Shown: positions 47,714-57,364, counted from the first letter of the stretch. The stretch: 64,000 nt of DNA from Oscillospiraceae bacterium (GCA_017460835.1 JAFUAD010000039.1:3655-67654), one strand, 5' to 3'. The notes: generated from the sequence alone by a model not told the origin. Program-made: numbers and translations.

Positions 47714-48574
47714 TTATTTATGCTTATTACGATAATCCTGCACCATCTCGCGTGTAATCGGATATGGATCACCAAGCATCCACTTGCAATCGTAAAATTT
47801 CCAAATTCTCTCCAATTCCTCTTCCGAATCGATTCCAAGCTGATACATCTTTACCTGAACCAAAGTCAATTCATACCATTTGCAATCATAGTGCAGACAC
47901 AAGGCATCTAATTCATCTCCGCTTTCAATACCAAGTTCCATCATATATATATCTATTTCATCAGGTGCATTTCTGTCTTCCTGTTCACACATAATAGCCA
48001 TTTCAAAGCACTTCTGAAGAAGATAGCCAAACGGAATCGACAGTTTTTCAGACAACTCGGAAATAAGGCAGCAGGTAGAAGTATCAAATCCAAGTTCATC
48101 CGTAGCGTGGATAAAGTCCTCAAAATAGCGCCAGTCCGATGAGCTCATATATTTTTGGGAGTCCATCTTATCGAATATTGCGTCGAGTCTGCTGCTTGAT
48201 GCAAGGAGGCTATCCAGCACTTCACGATTGTCCGGGATTTCCGGCTTTTCTCTTCGCAGTTCCGAGGGAGTTTTCCCATACTCTTTGGTCACAGCCCTCG
48301 TAAAAGCCGACTGATCAGAATACCCGTATTCCAGCGCAATCTCAGCCAGCGGCTTCTCAGGATGGTTGATCAGGTCACCTACAGCAAAGAAGAGCTTACG
48401 CTTTCGGATGTAGTCACGCAGCGTGAATGCTCCAGACGAGACAACAGCAAGATATTTGTTGTAATCCTGGTCGCAGTAACCGGTCTCGGCGTAAACCTTC
48501 CTTACGATCTCGCTGTGCTTGAGGCGGATGTCCCGATCAATGATAGTTAACGCAGTGTCAAGAACTTTACTCAT
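47714..48574 (-). CDS. AraC-type HTH protein with an unknown repeat-containing C-terminal domain, 286 aa
   Basis: IALEYGYSDQSAFTRAVTKEYGKTPSELR is an AraC HTH. The C-terminal half carries two copies of LGI(E/D)S..EL(D/E)....(Y)DCKW. Confidence 0.7.
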   Translation of the reverse strand: MSKVLDTALTIIDRDIRLKHSEIVRKVYAETGYCDQDYNKYLAVVSSGAFTLRDYIRKRKLFFAVGDLINHPEKPLAEIALEYGYSDQSAFTRAVTKEYGKTPSELRREKPEIPDNREVLDSLLASSSRLDAIFDKMDSQKYMSSSDWRYFEDFIHATDELGFDTSTCCLISELSEKLSIPFGYLLQKCFEMAIMCEQEDRNAPDEIDIYMMELGIESGDELDALCLHYDCKWYELTLVQVKMYQLGIDSEEELERIWKFYDCKWMLGDPYPITREMVQDYRNKHK

Positions 48575-48677
48575 AGTGTTGAGTACCTCCTTTATTTGAT
48601 GTCTCTATTATATCAGAAAGGAAACATAAAGTCTTGACATTCAAGCAGCATTAGAAGTCAACGAGGTAGTCAGCTTC

Positions 48678-48986
48678 TCACACTCCCAGATGCTTCTCAA
48701 AAATCCTCATAATCTCCTCGGCACGTTTTTCTCCGATACCCCTGATGGCTTTTATATCTTTCTCAATCTCTCGAAGATCCAAAATCTTGCTGTCATCAGT
48801 ACCATCAACATCTTCATCAACGATCACCCCTGCCTCAGCCAGACCTTTCTTCCGTCCGCGTTCAAAGATATCGTTTAATAGCCCTTCGAGCGTGACTCTA
48901 TCCATGCGCTTAACTGCCTTGTAGAGGTTTCGGTCGAGGAGAGGGGCTGTGTCCTCTGTGGTCGTATTCATATCGTCTGTGGACAT
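48678..48986 (-). CDS. Small acidic protein with helix-hairpin-helix-like motif, 102 aa
   Basis: IRGIGEKRAEEIMRIF resembles an HhH motif. No other recognisable features. Confidence 0.5.
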   Translation of the reverse strand: MSTDDMNTTTEDTAPLLDRNLYKAVKRMDRVTLEGLLNDIFERGRKKGLAEAGVIVDEDVDGTDDSKILDLREIEKDIKAIRGIGEKRAEEIMRIFEKHLGV

Positions 48987-49080
48987 CCATAGACTCCTTT
49001 CTTACTATGTTGTCGGATACTACAGCATGGTGTGTTCAAAACTCTGTTGAAAAGCTGTTGGTAAATGTGGAAAAGTCGTA

Positions 49081-49311
49081 TTAGGATAAAGCCATCTGCT
49101 TAATCGCCCTCTCCACACTATCAATAAGCATCGGTCTCCGCATCTCACCGACCATCTTATCAAAATCGTCTCCGCTCGGTTCACCGTACATGAGATTATC
49201 GCCATCGGTGGTGCGGAGCCATGAGAGAGCCTTCTCCAGAGACTCAGGAGAATTCGTATCAAAGCTTTTAGATTGTAGGAATGCTAAGTTTGCATCGTGT
49301 TGTGTGGGCAT
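49081..49311 (-). CDS. Hypothetical protein, 76 aa
   Basis: ORF in the same orientation as its neighbours, with AAAGGAG upstream (revcomp of ctccttt at 49321-49327). No motif. Confidence 0.45.
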   Translation of the reverse strand: MPTQHDANLAFLQSKSFDTNSPESLEKALSWLRTTDGDNLMYGEPSGDDFDKMVGEMRRPMLIDSVERAIKQMALS

Positions 49312-49340
49312 GGCGGTTTACTCCTTTTTACATTTTGTAG

Positions 49341-49706
49341 TTACGTCTTATTCCCGCTCTCCATAAATCCCGGCTTATCATTAGCAATTGCGTCTATTAG
49401 CAGTTCTAATCTGTATTGTAGGCGGTCGCCGATTGTGGTTATCAACGGAATGCCGGGACTATGCAGCCTTTCATAATAACGTCCGTCCTTCAGATCGGCT
49501 ATCTCGTTATTAATGCCGTTCAGTTCAAAGCAGTACTTTACCTTGATATCCTCCGGCAGTGAGGACAGCAGTTGTTCAAAGTAATGTGTACACTCGGATA
49601 GCGGCGGCGATGATTCCGTTGGCTCATTATAGTATTCAAGGGATTCTTTGACGTTGCCTTTCGCAAGCAGAGCAGCGATTTTCATGAGAGCTTCAAAGGT
49701 GTTCAT
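49341..49706 (-). CDS. Hypothetical protein, 121 aa (last gene of the RM operon)
   Basis: Starts 9 nt after the res stop. No recognisable motif. Confidence 0.55.
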   Translation of the reverse strand: MNTFEALMKIAALLAKGNVKESLEYYNEPTESSPPLSECTHYFEQLLSSLPEDIKVKYCFELNGINNEIADLKDGRYYERLHSPGIPLITTIGDRLQYRLELLIDAIANDKPGFMESGNKT

Positions 49707-49715
49707 TATCGCGCC

Positions 49716-51944
49716 TCACTTCAGCACGCTTTCAAGCGGCTGCCAGTTATCGCCGACCATTGAATCGGTATACTCCGTATTACAAATAAATAGATCACCA
49801 TCATTATCTCGTACAAAGCCCCACTTTACACCATATCTTTTAGCATAGTCCTTGAATGCCTCAAACTTGTTCTCGACCTGCATATCAATATTCTTTGAAT
49901 AGCCGGCACTCATTCCGCCCTTTGTTTCGATGATCCAAACCTCGCCGTTTGTGAGCTTCACAATGTAGTCGGGATAGAACAGCCACTGCTTGCCGGAGAA
50001 ACCATCCAGATATACAACAGAGAAATACTGCTGTCCGGCATCACCGTTCTTGTATACCCATTCGACCGCATCGCATCTCTCGCAGAATTTCTCAAAGAGG
50101 CGTTCCGAATCGCTTTTTCGAGTTTCACTGGTAATAAATTCCGTAGTATAGCCTGCATAGACGTTTTTCGTCATCGGCTTGATTTGCTTGACAAAGCTGA
50201 ATTTATACAGCTCCGATTCAGGAATTGTGAACGTTGCAGTTTTTGCCTGCCCGGACATAGCGAGTTGGAGCTGCTTGCCGCTTTCCTTCGCCATGATCTC
50301 GCGGAATTCTTGCTTGAGCATTTTGATATTGTTGATGATGAATGCATAGAAATCGCTTGTATTCAATGCAATTAGTTTGAACTTTGTCTTTTTCCCTTTT
50401 AGGAAAAGTCGGTTCAGAATCTTTCTGGCTCTCTGCGCCGGAATGGATGTGATTGTCTTGATATCCTCAACAGCGCGCATGAGGTAGATACCATGTGTAT
50501 GAGTGTTGATTTTCGTCTTGATCTCTACCTTTTTCGATGAGCCGGCATTCGCCAGATCGGATGCGGTTCTGAATTCACCGCGGAGAACCTGACTGTCAAT
50601 CTCGTGTGAGAAGCTGTATCCCGCTGATTCGAGAGCGAGCTGGTTATCTGTTGTCCTGGAACCGAGGTGATACTTCTCCTTGAAATGCTCATATACCTTG
50701 CGCATCATCTCACGTTCACCGATATCACTATCAACATCGTGGTTACGCATTTCTTTGGTAAGGGAGAAATCCCGCACTTCCGGTTTCAGGAACAGCTTTC
50801 TGACCTGATATGCTTTATCGAGTGCAGTCAACAGGTCGTTCTTGTACTCGGTGTCAAGGGTATAGATGAAACATAGATCGAGAACGCCGGGAAAAAGATA
50901 GTGCTTACGCTCCGGCATACGGCGGATTCTGCCGATGGTCTGGATCTGGAAACGCTCACTGCCGCCCTCACGCAGCTTGACGAGAATCTTGGCGCGGGGG
51001 CAGTCCCAGCCGGTAGCAACCGCTTGCTTCATGAGCAGGAACGCAGGCGCACCGTTGGGTGCGGTGAGGTCTTCACTGATAACCTTCTGATCGCTCATCC
51101 AGATGTTGACCATGCCGTTATCGTAGGTGTAGCCCATTGATGCGAGTTTATCCTCAACAGCCTTGATGGTTTCAGGCTGCCCCACAGGGAACTGAATCAG
51201 CACCAGCGGACGGATATCGACATCGATAGAGTCATATGCTCCGAGTATCTCCTGACGCTTCATATCCGCTAATTTGAGTAGAATGTCATAATCATCGGAA
51301 ATACGCTCCGAGTCCTCCACGCCCTCATTGACATAGATAGCCCGTGTGATAAGCCCTGCATCGATGACCTCTTCCTCCGGAATTTCGTAGAATTCCTGAT
51401 GCGGCACCTTGATTGGCGTAGCGGATACACGGATGATATGCACGGGCTTGAACGCCTCGATTATGTCATTAGCTTTTGAGGTGTTGTTCTCATGCTCTTC
51501 ATCAATGATGACAATGAAGCGGATTCCGTCGTTGTGCGCTTCTTCGATCTTCTCAAAGAGGTTCTTTCTTTCGCCGTCCTTGAGGGCATTATTCTTCTTG
51601 CGGGTGACAAGCTCCCAGTTGATGAAGGTGACGCTCCTGCCCTCGAAACCGCAGAGCATGGAGTACGGGAGCGAACGGGTGTCGATGTGCGGTGCAAGCG
51701 AGTCCATGCGATCCTTGCTCTGCTCCTCCAGATTGCCCTTTCCGGGGCAGAGCCAGACGAACGCAGTCTTGCCGTCTGTGTTCTTCAGATATGCATCAAC
51801 ATACTTCACCAGAATGACGGTTTTGCCTGCTCCGGTCGGTGCTTTGACCGTAACGATCTGCTTTGTTCCGGAGGCGGTTGTTTTATTGTAAAGGAAATCG
51901 ACACAGTTTTCCTGAAATTCGTAGTTTTCGATGCCGTTTACCAT
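49716..51944 (-). CDS. res: Type III restriction enzyme Res subunit (SF2 helicase + PD-(D/E)xK endonuclease), 742 aa
   Basis: APTGAGKT (motif I), IIDEEHEN (motif II), VSATP (motif III), and the C-terminal YPDYIV...WIIETKGG nuclease motif. Overlaps the mod stop by 7 nt. Confidence 0.88.
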   Translation of the reverse strand: MVNGIENYEFQENCVDFLYNKTTASGTKQIVTVKAPTGAGKTVILVKYVDAYLKNTDGKTAFVWLCPGKGNLEEQSKDRMDSLAPHIDTRSLPYSMLCGFEGRSVTFINWELVTRKKNNALKDGERKNLFEKIEEAHNDGIRFIVIIDEEHENNTSKANDIIEAFKPVHIIRVSATPIKVPHQEFYEIPEEEVIDAGLITRAIYVNEGVEDSERISDDYDILLKLADMKRQEILGAYDSIDVDIRPLVLIQFPVGQPETIKAVEDKLASMGYTYDNGMVNIWMSDQKVISEDLTAPNGAPAFLLMKQAVATGWDCPRAKILVKLREGGSERFQIQTIGRIRRMPERKHYLFPGVLDLCFIYTLDTEYKNDLLTALDKAYQVRKLFLKPEVRDFSLTKEMRNHDVDSDIGEREMMRKVYEHFKEKYHLGSRTTDNQLALESAGYSFSHEIDSQVLRGEFRTASDLANAGSSKKVEIKTKINTHTHGIYLMRAVEDIKTITSIPAQRARKILNRLFLKGKKTKFKLIALNTSDFYAFIINNIKMLKQEFREIMAKESGKQLQLAMSGQAKTATFTIPESELYKFSFVKQIKPMTKNVYAGYTTEFITSETRKSDSERLFEKFCERCDAVEWVYKNGDAGQQYFSVVYLDGFSGKQWLFYPDYIVKLTNGEVWIIETKGGMSAGYSKNIDMQVENKFEAFKDYAKRYGVKWGFVRDNDGDLFICNTEYTDSMVGDNWQPLESVLK

Positions 51945-53569
51945 ATCTCGCCCGCCTCCCTCAGTTCAAAATCAAAGTAGTAATCCGGAATGATGTAGGA
52001 GTCGATCTTTTCAAGCAGCGCCTCCTGCGAAGAAGAGAGGAACACATCCTGATTGATGAACACTGCACAGAGATCGGGGTAGTTCCCGATATTCTGCTCG
52101 AAAGCATCCATCTCCTCATCGGTCATGATGATGACATACTTCTGGTCATCGATCTTGACACCATGCTCAAGCTGTATCATTTCACGGATATGTTCTAAGA
52201 GGTTTTCGGACAGTTCCTCCGACTCTTTCTCTACAAAATCCGTGCGGAAGTACATGAGGTTTGCAGGGATGCCTTCAGAGTATTCGCTGCCATCCTGACG
52301 CTTTCCGGTGATGACGGTTTTTATGCGCTGATAGGTTACTCCCTCGCAAATATTGTTTTCGTTATTTGTGCAGAGGATGAACTTGCGCTTTCCGCCGTCT
52401 TCGGCATTTTGAGCTAATACTGCATGAGCCGTTGTACCTGAACCCGCAAAGAAGTCAAGAACGATAGAGTTAGGATTTGACGCTATATGTATAATACGCT
52501 TTATCAATTCTGTAGGCTTTGGAGTGTCAAACGGTGCCTTACCGCCAAATATATCCTTCAGTTCAGCCGTCGCTTGACGAGTAGTTCCTGCCACACCTCC
52601 AACCCAAATGTTTTCTGGAACCTTTCCATCTAAGTCAGAGAGGTAGAGTTTGTGTATGATATTCGTTTGATCAGCATTAAAGATTATTTCACCAGAATCT
52701 ATTTTTGATTGCATAGTTTCTTTACTCCATCTCCAACCTTTTTCTGGAGGAGCAATGATATTTCCGTTAGGCGCAATGACTTCATATACCAAATTTGGTC
52801 TGTACAATCCGTTTACACAATATCCAGCTCTCCACGGTCCTCTCGGATCATTGTCTGGATTTCTATACATCTTATTGTCTTTATCAGTCCTCGGTAGATT
52901 TTTCAAAATGAACTGTGGTTTTGCGTATACTAAAGTATGATTAAACTGAGAAACAAATTTTCCACCATATCCATTTGCTTGTAAACTATGTTGCCATATA
53001 ACATCAGCTAAAAAGCAAGACTCACCAAACAATTCATCACAAAGCAATTTAAGATTAGCCTGTTCTCTATCATCTATACTGATGAAAATAGCACCTGCAT
53101 TACTAAGAAGTTTCCATGCCATTTGCAGACGGCTTCTCATAAAGGAAATCCACTTGCTATGTTTATAAGTATCATCATCGCCAATCATTGTATCATCATA
53201 AATGAATTCCTTGTTCCCTGTATTGTAAGGCGGATCAATATAAATTAAATCGATTCTACCAGAATGTGTTTTTTCAAGCAGGCGTAGGGAGTGCAGGTTG
53301 TCACCCTCAAGCAGGAAGTTATACTGCTCACTATTGGGATCACCGTTGATCTCCATGCTCTCATCTGCCGTGAACACAGGGATATGTGTCCGCATCATTA
53401 CATCGACAGCTTCCTCGTGCTCTTCCCACACAAGACCATATTTCTTTGCCTTCAGCTCCTTTTCAATCTCGCCGAGCGCAATCAGGGAATCATCGTCCGT
53501 GTGTTGCGATTTCAGCATTTCGAGAAAGGCGAGCATCCTCTCTCGCTTCTGTTGTGACAGGTTTGCCAT
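51938..53569 (-). CDS. mod: Type III (beta-class) N6/N4 DNA methyltransferase Mod subunit, 543 aa
   Basis: IYIDPPYNTG (motif IV) precedes VLDFFAGSGTTAHAV (motif I), the beta-class order typical of Type III Mod. Confidence 0.88.
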   Translation of the reverse strand: MANLSQQKRERMLAFLEMLKSQHTDDDSLIALGEIEKELKAKKYGLVWEEHEEAVDVMMRTHIPVFTADESMEINGDPNSEQYNFLLEGDNLHSLRLLEKTHSGRIDLIYIDPPYNTGNKEFIYDDTMIGDDDTYKHSKWISFMRSRLQMAWKLLSNAGAIFISIDDREQANLKLLCDELFGESCFLADVIWQHSLQANGYGGKFVSQFNHTLVYAKPQFILKNLPRTDKDNKMYRNPDNDPRGPWRAGYCVNGLYRPNLVYEVIAPNGNIIAPPEKGWRWSKETMQSKIDSGEIIFNADQTNIIHKLYLSDLDGKVPENIWVGGVAGTTRQATAELKDIFGGKAPFDTPKPTELIKRIIHIASNPNSIVLDFFAGSGTTAHAVLAQNAEDGGKRKFILCTNNENNICEGVTYQRIKTVITGKRQDGSEYSEGIPANLMYFRTDFVEKESEELSENLLEHIREMIQLEHGVKIDDQKYVIIMTDEEMDAFEQNIGNYPDLCAVFINQDVFLSSSQEALLEKIDSYIIPDYYFDFELREAGEIW

Positions 53570-53579
53570 GTGTGTCCTC

Positions 53580-54482
53580 CTATTTATCTATTCTTCTTGC
53601 GTCTTTTATGAGTTGAAGTTGCTCTTCAGTGATTGGATAACGAGAATATATCCACTCTTTAGCGCATTGAGCTATACTCCACTGAACCTCTCGTATAAAT
53701 TCATCGGGTAAATCCATAAGAACATTGCGTTTTCTGCGTGTTTCTTCACTGTTTGGTATCATGTACAACACCATAGTTGGTGAGAGCGGAAAGATGACTT
53801 TTTCTGGTCGATCCATACTAAAATCAATCGTATCCCGTTCACTATGGAAAAGGAAAATCGGCCGGTCCGCTGTGAAGAAAACAGGTTCTTTGGAACGCCC
53901 AATAATAAACGCCATATCCTCAAACCAGTTTGCAATCCGCCAGAAGATGCTGTTTCTCTCAACATCAAACTTCCCATCAATAAAAGCATCTAAGCAGTTC
54001 CATACAGCAACATTTCTAGCCTCATTTGCTTTTAATTGATCGGGAAACATTTCATTGAGTAGGTCTTCGGCACTGGATAATACAAATGGATATCGTAAGA
54101 TTTGCAATGTCATAAATGCCATTAATAGTGCTTTTTCTTTGGAGGATAGAAAGCATCTCGTGTGAAGATTCTTATCATTCTCGGCATTCCTCAATACTTG
54201 ACCGATAGTGTTTGAAAACTCTATTTCATAACGAGACAGAGTATTTTCTACGCTGTTCCTATAAATGAAGTTGCTTTCTTCATCCTTAAATTCGTAAAGG
54301 TGTTTCTCAAAGCAGATACTTTCAATACGAATTTGATCAGGAAGCTGCTTCATTTCAGTCAGATTATATGCCCATATTAGGTCTTTAAACTTTCCTTTAT
54401 TTAGCTTTCTCTCAGAAAAGCGACGCAGATGCATTCTTGGTACAAAGTGTTCATCTGTTGTTGGTTTTTTATCATTGGCCAT
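53580..54482 (-). CDS. DUF4238-family protein, 300 aa
   Basis: The N-terminal EHFVPRMHLRRFS matches the H(Y/F)VP..(Y/H)L..F signature I associate with DUF4238. There are 10-nt gaps to both neighbouring genes. Confidence 0.75.
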   Translation of the reverse strand: MANDKKPTTDEHFVPRMHLRRFSERKLNKGKFKDLIWAYNLTEMKQLPDQIRIESICFEKHLYEFKDEESNFIYRNSVENTLSRYEIEFSNTIGQVLRNAENDKNLHTRCFLSSKEKALLMAFMTLQILRYPFVLSSAEDLLNEMFPDQLKANEARNVAVWNCLDAFIDGKFDVERNSIFWRIANWFEDMAFIIGRSKEPVFFTADRPIFLFHSERDTIDFSMDRPEKVIFPLSPTMVLYMIPNSEETRRKRNVLMDLPDEFIREVQWSIAQCAKEWIYSRYPITEEQLQLIKDARRIDK

Positions 54483-54492
54483 ATAGTCACCA

Positions 54493-57192
54493 TTAAGTGT
54501 ATTTTCGTTGTTCCGTCTTACTCAAGCACAAGTGTCCGAGCCGACACTTGGAGCAGTTCTCCTTGCTGCACCGCCTCGGCAGATTGTTCCGCCGGATGCT
54601 GTCAGCCGCCTGTTTGATTTCCGTTTCTACGCCTGCTATCGTTGCATCCGTGACCGGCTCTCTGGCGGTATTCTCGGAATCGAGATGATAGATCTCCATG
54701 AAGTCTGCCGTTGCACCTGTCAGCCGCTGATAGCCGAGCGCATATATTTTGAGCTGCTGGCTGTTGATCGCCTCCAGCACCCGCTTGTTTGCTGTTTTGA
54801 AGTCAACGATCACCGTTTTCGGCTGACCATCAATGCTTTCCTCACGCACCATGTCGATGCGTCCATTCACGGTAACGCCGTCACCGAGATCAATCTCGAT
54901 CTGCGACTCGGCAAGGCGTATCTCGCTGAATCGGTCTGCATTATGCTCAACATACTTCTTGATGCTGCGCTTTGCACTTTCAAGCATTCTCTCAAACTGT
55001 ACCTGCTTTGCATACGGCAGATAGAACACCTGATCGAACGTCTGCTTGATGAAGTCATCCGTGATCGGCGTGCCGTTGATCGCTGCAAGATTGATGTTCC
55101 GCACAATATCATGTAGCGCATTACCGTATCCCATCAGCTCCGAGAACGGCTGCTGAAAGCCGTAGAACATGGACAGCTTGAAACGATAGGGGCATTCAAA
55201 GTAGTCCTGCAGGAGCGAGAAGTTCAGCGTGAGGGGCATCTTGCTTTGCCGCAGCTCCGGCAGATGCTTCGGATCATAGACGGCCGATCTGTCATACGGA
55301 AGCATACACGGCGAGCCCTGCGCCTCTACGAAAAATGTCGAGATGGTTTTATCGCGGGTATCTTTCGCCCTGGATATGAACAGATACTTCTTCGCTCTGG
55401 TGACGGCAACATAGAACAGCTTGCGCTCGTCCTCCAAATCGCCATCAAAGCGGCTCGACCCCGTGATCCAGTTGCGCTGAATAACGTGCCACACGCCCTT
55501 GCCACCGACACGCTGCGCCGGAAAGTAGTTCTTATTCAGTCCGGGGATGAACACCGCCGCATACTCCAGACCTTTCGACTGGTGAACAGTCATGATGGAA
55601 ACAGCATCCGGCTTTGTATAGGAATTGTCAAGATAGCCCTCCGGATAATAATCCCCGGCGGTATATTTCAGGAACGCACAGAAGCCGTATATTTTCGATT
55701 TCGGCTTCAGCGTGAAATTGATGACCTCATAGTCACCGATGACCTGACTGAATTTGCCGAGGTTATAGAGGATGATCTCCGTTTCCGGTCTGCCGTCCTC
55801 CACAAGCGATATACCCTTTAGAAAATCATGGTATATCTGCTGAAGATTCAGTTCTGTGTAAAACTTCATCTTTGCAACATCGGTCGTCATGAGCAGTTGC
55901 AGGCTGTCAGCGACTTCTTTCTTGTTGAAGGGGTAGTCTACGGCAAGCCAGCGCTTGAACAGCTCCGTTGAGTCAATATCACCATTCAGATACTCAAAGA
56001 TGCCCTTTGCCGCTTTGCATTCCGGCGTAAAAAGCAGTTCATTGACACCTTCTATAATAAAAGGAATGTCATGCTCGGAGAGTGTTTCGGCAATGTCGGG
56101 ACCAATCTTCCGCTTGCGGAGAAGGATTGCCATTTCCGAATACGGCACGCCGATGTCATGCAGCTTTACGATATTTTCTGCAATGAATTCGTATTCATCT
56201 TCCGACAGCATGGTTTCCTTGAAAACAATATCGCCGTCATCATATACAGTGCTGCAGCCGGAATCCATTTTCTTTGGAAGGCGATGGGAGTTGTTCAGGA
56301 TGACATTTTGAGCAACACTGACAATGCCTTTTGTGCTGCGATAGTCCGTATCCAGTACAATATATTTCTGGATGTTGTACCGCTGCATGAACGTCAGAAT
56401 ATTATTGGAATCGCTGCCGCGAAATTGATAAATCGTCTGATCGTCATCACCCACCACGCAGATATTTGCACCGAGGTCTTTGAGCAGACGCACGAGCTTC
56501 TCCTGCACTGGATTGGTATCCTGATACTCGTCCACAGTGAGGTATTTTACCTTTTCAGCAATGATACCTTGAAAAACGAGGTTGCTTTCAAGCTGTTGCA
56601 CCATTTCACGCAGAATCAGCGAGTAGTCAAAATACTTCTCGGCATACAGCTTTTTCTTATATTTCTCAAATGCAGTCTGAACTTCCTTACTCCATTTATC
56701 AGAGTCGTACCAGTTTTCATTGAGCATACTCATGACACGCACGAACAGATCCGTTTCGATATATTTTTGCAGTTCCAGATCCGTCATGCCGATCTCTTCA
56801 TAGTATCGCTCAACGAACAGTTTTGTATGTATTTCATCCAAAACGGAGAATGACTGAAATTCCGGCAGAAATTCCTGCAGCATTTGCAGGCAGAAGCCGT
56901 GGATCGTGCCAATATACATATTTGCAAAGCCTTGCGTATTTCCCAGAACAGCTTGTCCCATAGAATAGATACGGCTTTTCAGCTCCTCGGCGGCTTTCTT
57001 TGTGAATGTGAAAGCTACGATGTTTTCTGGATGTACTTCGGGCTTGCTTTTCAGGATGTTAATGATGCGGCGTGTTACAACACCGGTCTTTCCCGCACCA
57101 GCGCACGCTATGATTTCGACATCTTCATCGATAGCGTTTACGGCTTCAATTTGCTTATCAGATAGCTTATGAGTCAGGATATTGTCTTGCAT
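54493..57192 (-). CDS. UvrD-type SF1 helicase fused to a C-terminal Cas4/AddB-like Fe-S PD-(D/E)xK nuclease, 899 aa
   Basis: Helicase has ACAGAGKTG, VDEYQDT, VGDDDQTIYQFRGS, TDYRST, TVHQSKGLEY, YVAVTRAK. Nuclease has FECPYRFK...GRIDMV...VDFKT...QLKIYALGY and the terminal C-x2-C-x5-C (CSKCRLGHLC). Confidence 0.88.
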   Translation of the reverse strand: MQDNILTHKLSDKQIEAVNAIDEDVEIIACAGAGKTGVVTRRIINILKSKPEVHPENIVAFTFTKKAAEELKSRIYSMGQAVLGNTQGFANMYIGTIHGFCLQMLQEFLPEFQSFSVLDEIHTKLFVERYYEEIGMTDLELQKYIETDLFVRVMSMLNENWYDSDKWSKEVQTAFEKYKKKLYAEKYFDYSLILREMVQQLESNLVFQGIIAEKVKYLTVDEYQDTNPVQEKLVRLLKDLGANICVVGDDDQTIYQFRGSDSNNILTFMQRYNIQKYIVLDTDYRSTKGIVSVAQNVILNNSHRLPKKMDSGCSTVYDDGDIVFKETMLSEDEYEFIAENIVKLHDIGVPYSEMAILLRKRKIGPDIAETLSEHDIPFIIEGVNELLFTPECKAAKGIFEYLNGDIDSTELFKRWLAVDYPFNKKEVADSLQLLMTTDVAKMKFYTELNLQQIYHDFLKGISLVEDGRPETEIILYNLGKFSQVIGDYEVINFTLKPKSKIYGFCAFLKYTAGDYYPEGYLDNSYTKPDAVSIMTVHQSKGLEYAAVFIPGLNKNYFPAQRVGGKGVWHVIQRNWITGSSRFDGDLEDERKLFYVAVTRAKKYLFISRAKDTRDKTISTFFVEAQGSPCMLPYDRSAVYDPKHLPELRQSKMPLTLNFSLLQDYFECPYRFKLSMFYGFQQPFSELMGYGNALHDIVRNINLAAINGTPITDDFIKQTFDQVFYLPYAKQVQFERMLESAKRSIKKYVEHNADRFSEIRLAESQIEIDLGDGVTVNGRIDMVREESIDGQPKTVIVDFKTANKRVLEAINSQQLKIYALGYQRLTGATADFMEIYHLDSENTAREPVTDATIAGVETEIKQAADSIRRNNLPRRCSKENCSKCRLGHLCLSKTEQRKYT

Positions 57193-57335
57193 AGCGGCCT
57201 CCTTTGCGTATAATTATACATCTTCCATTATACCACAATCCCCCTCAATTTTCAATCCCCGTACAGCACTTTTTCAATAGAAATTCCGCCGACAATATCG
57301 CAGAAGCGCTCCCACAAAATTTTTTTCCGTACCCC

Positions 57336-57364
57336 TTGACAAACCTTTCCTCCTGTGCTATAAT
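57336..57364 (+). promoter_or_regulatory. Consensus sigma-A promoter for the XRE-WYL regulatory operon
   Basis: TTGACA - 17 nt - TATAAT with a TGc extended -10. It shares the 13-mer TGTGCTATAATA with the promoter at 59618-59646. Confidence 0.65.
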
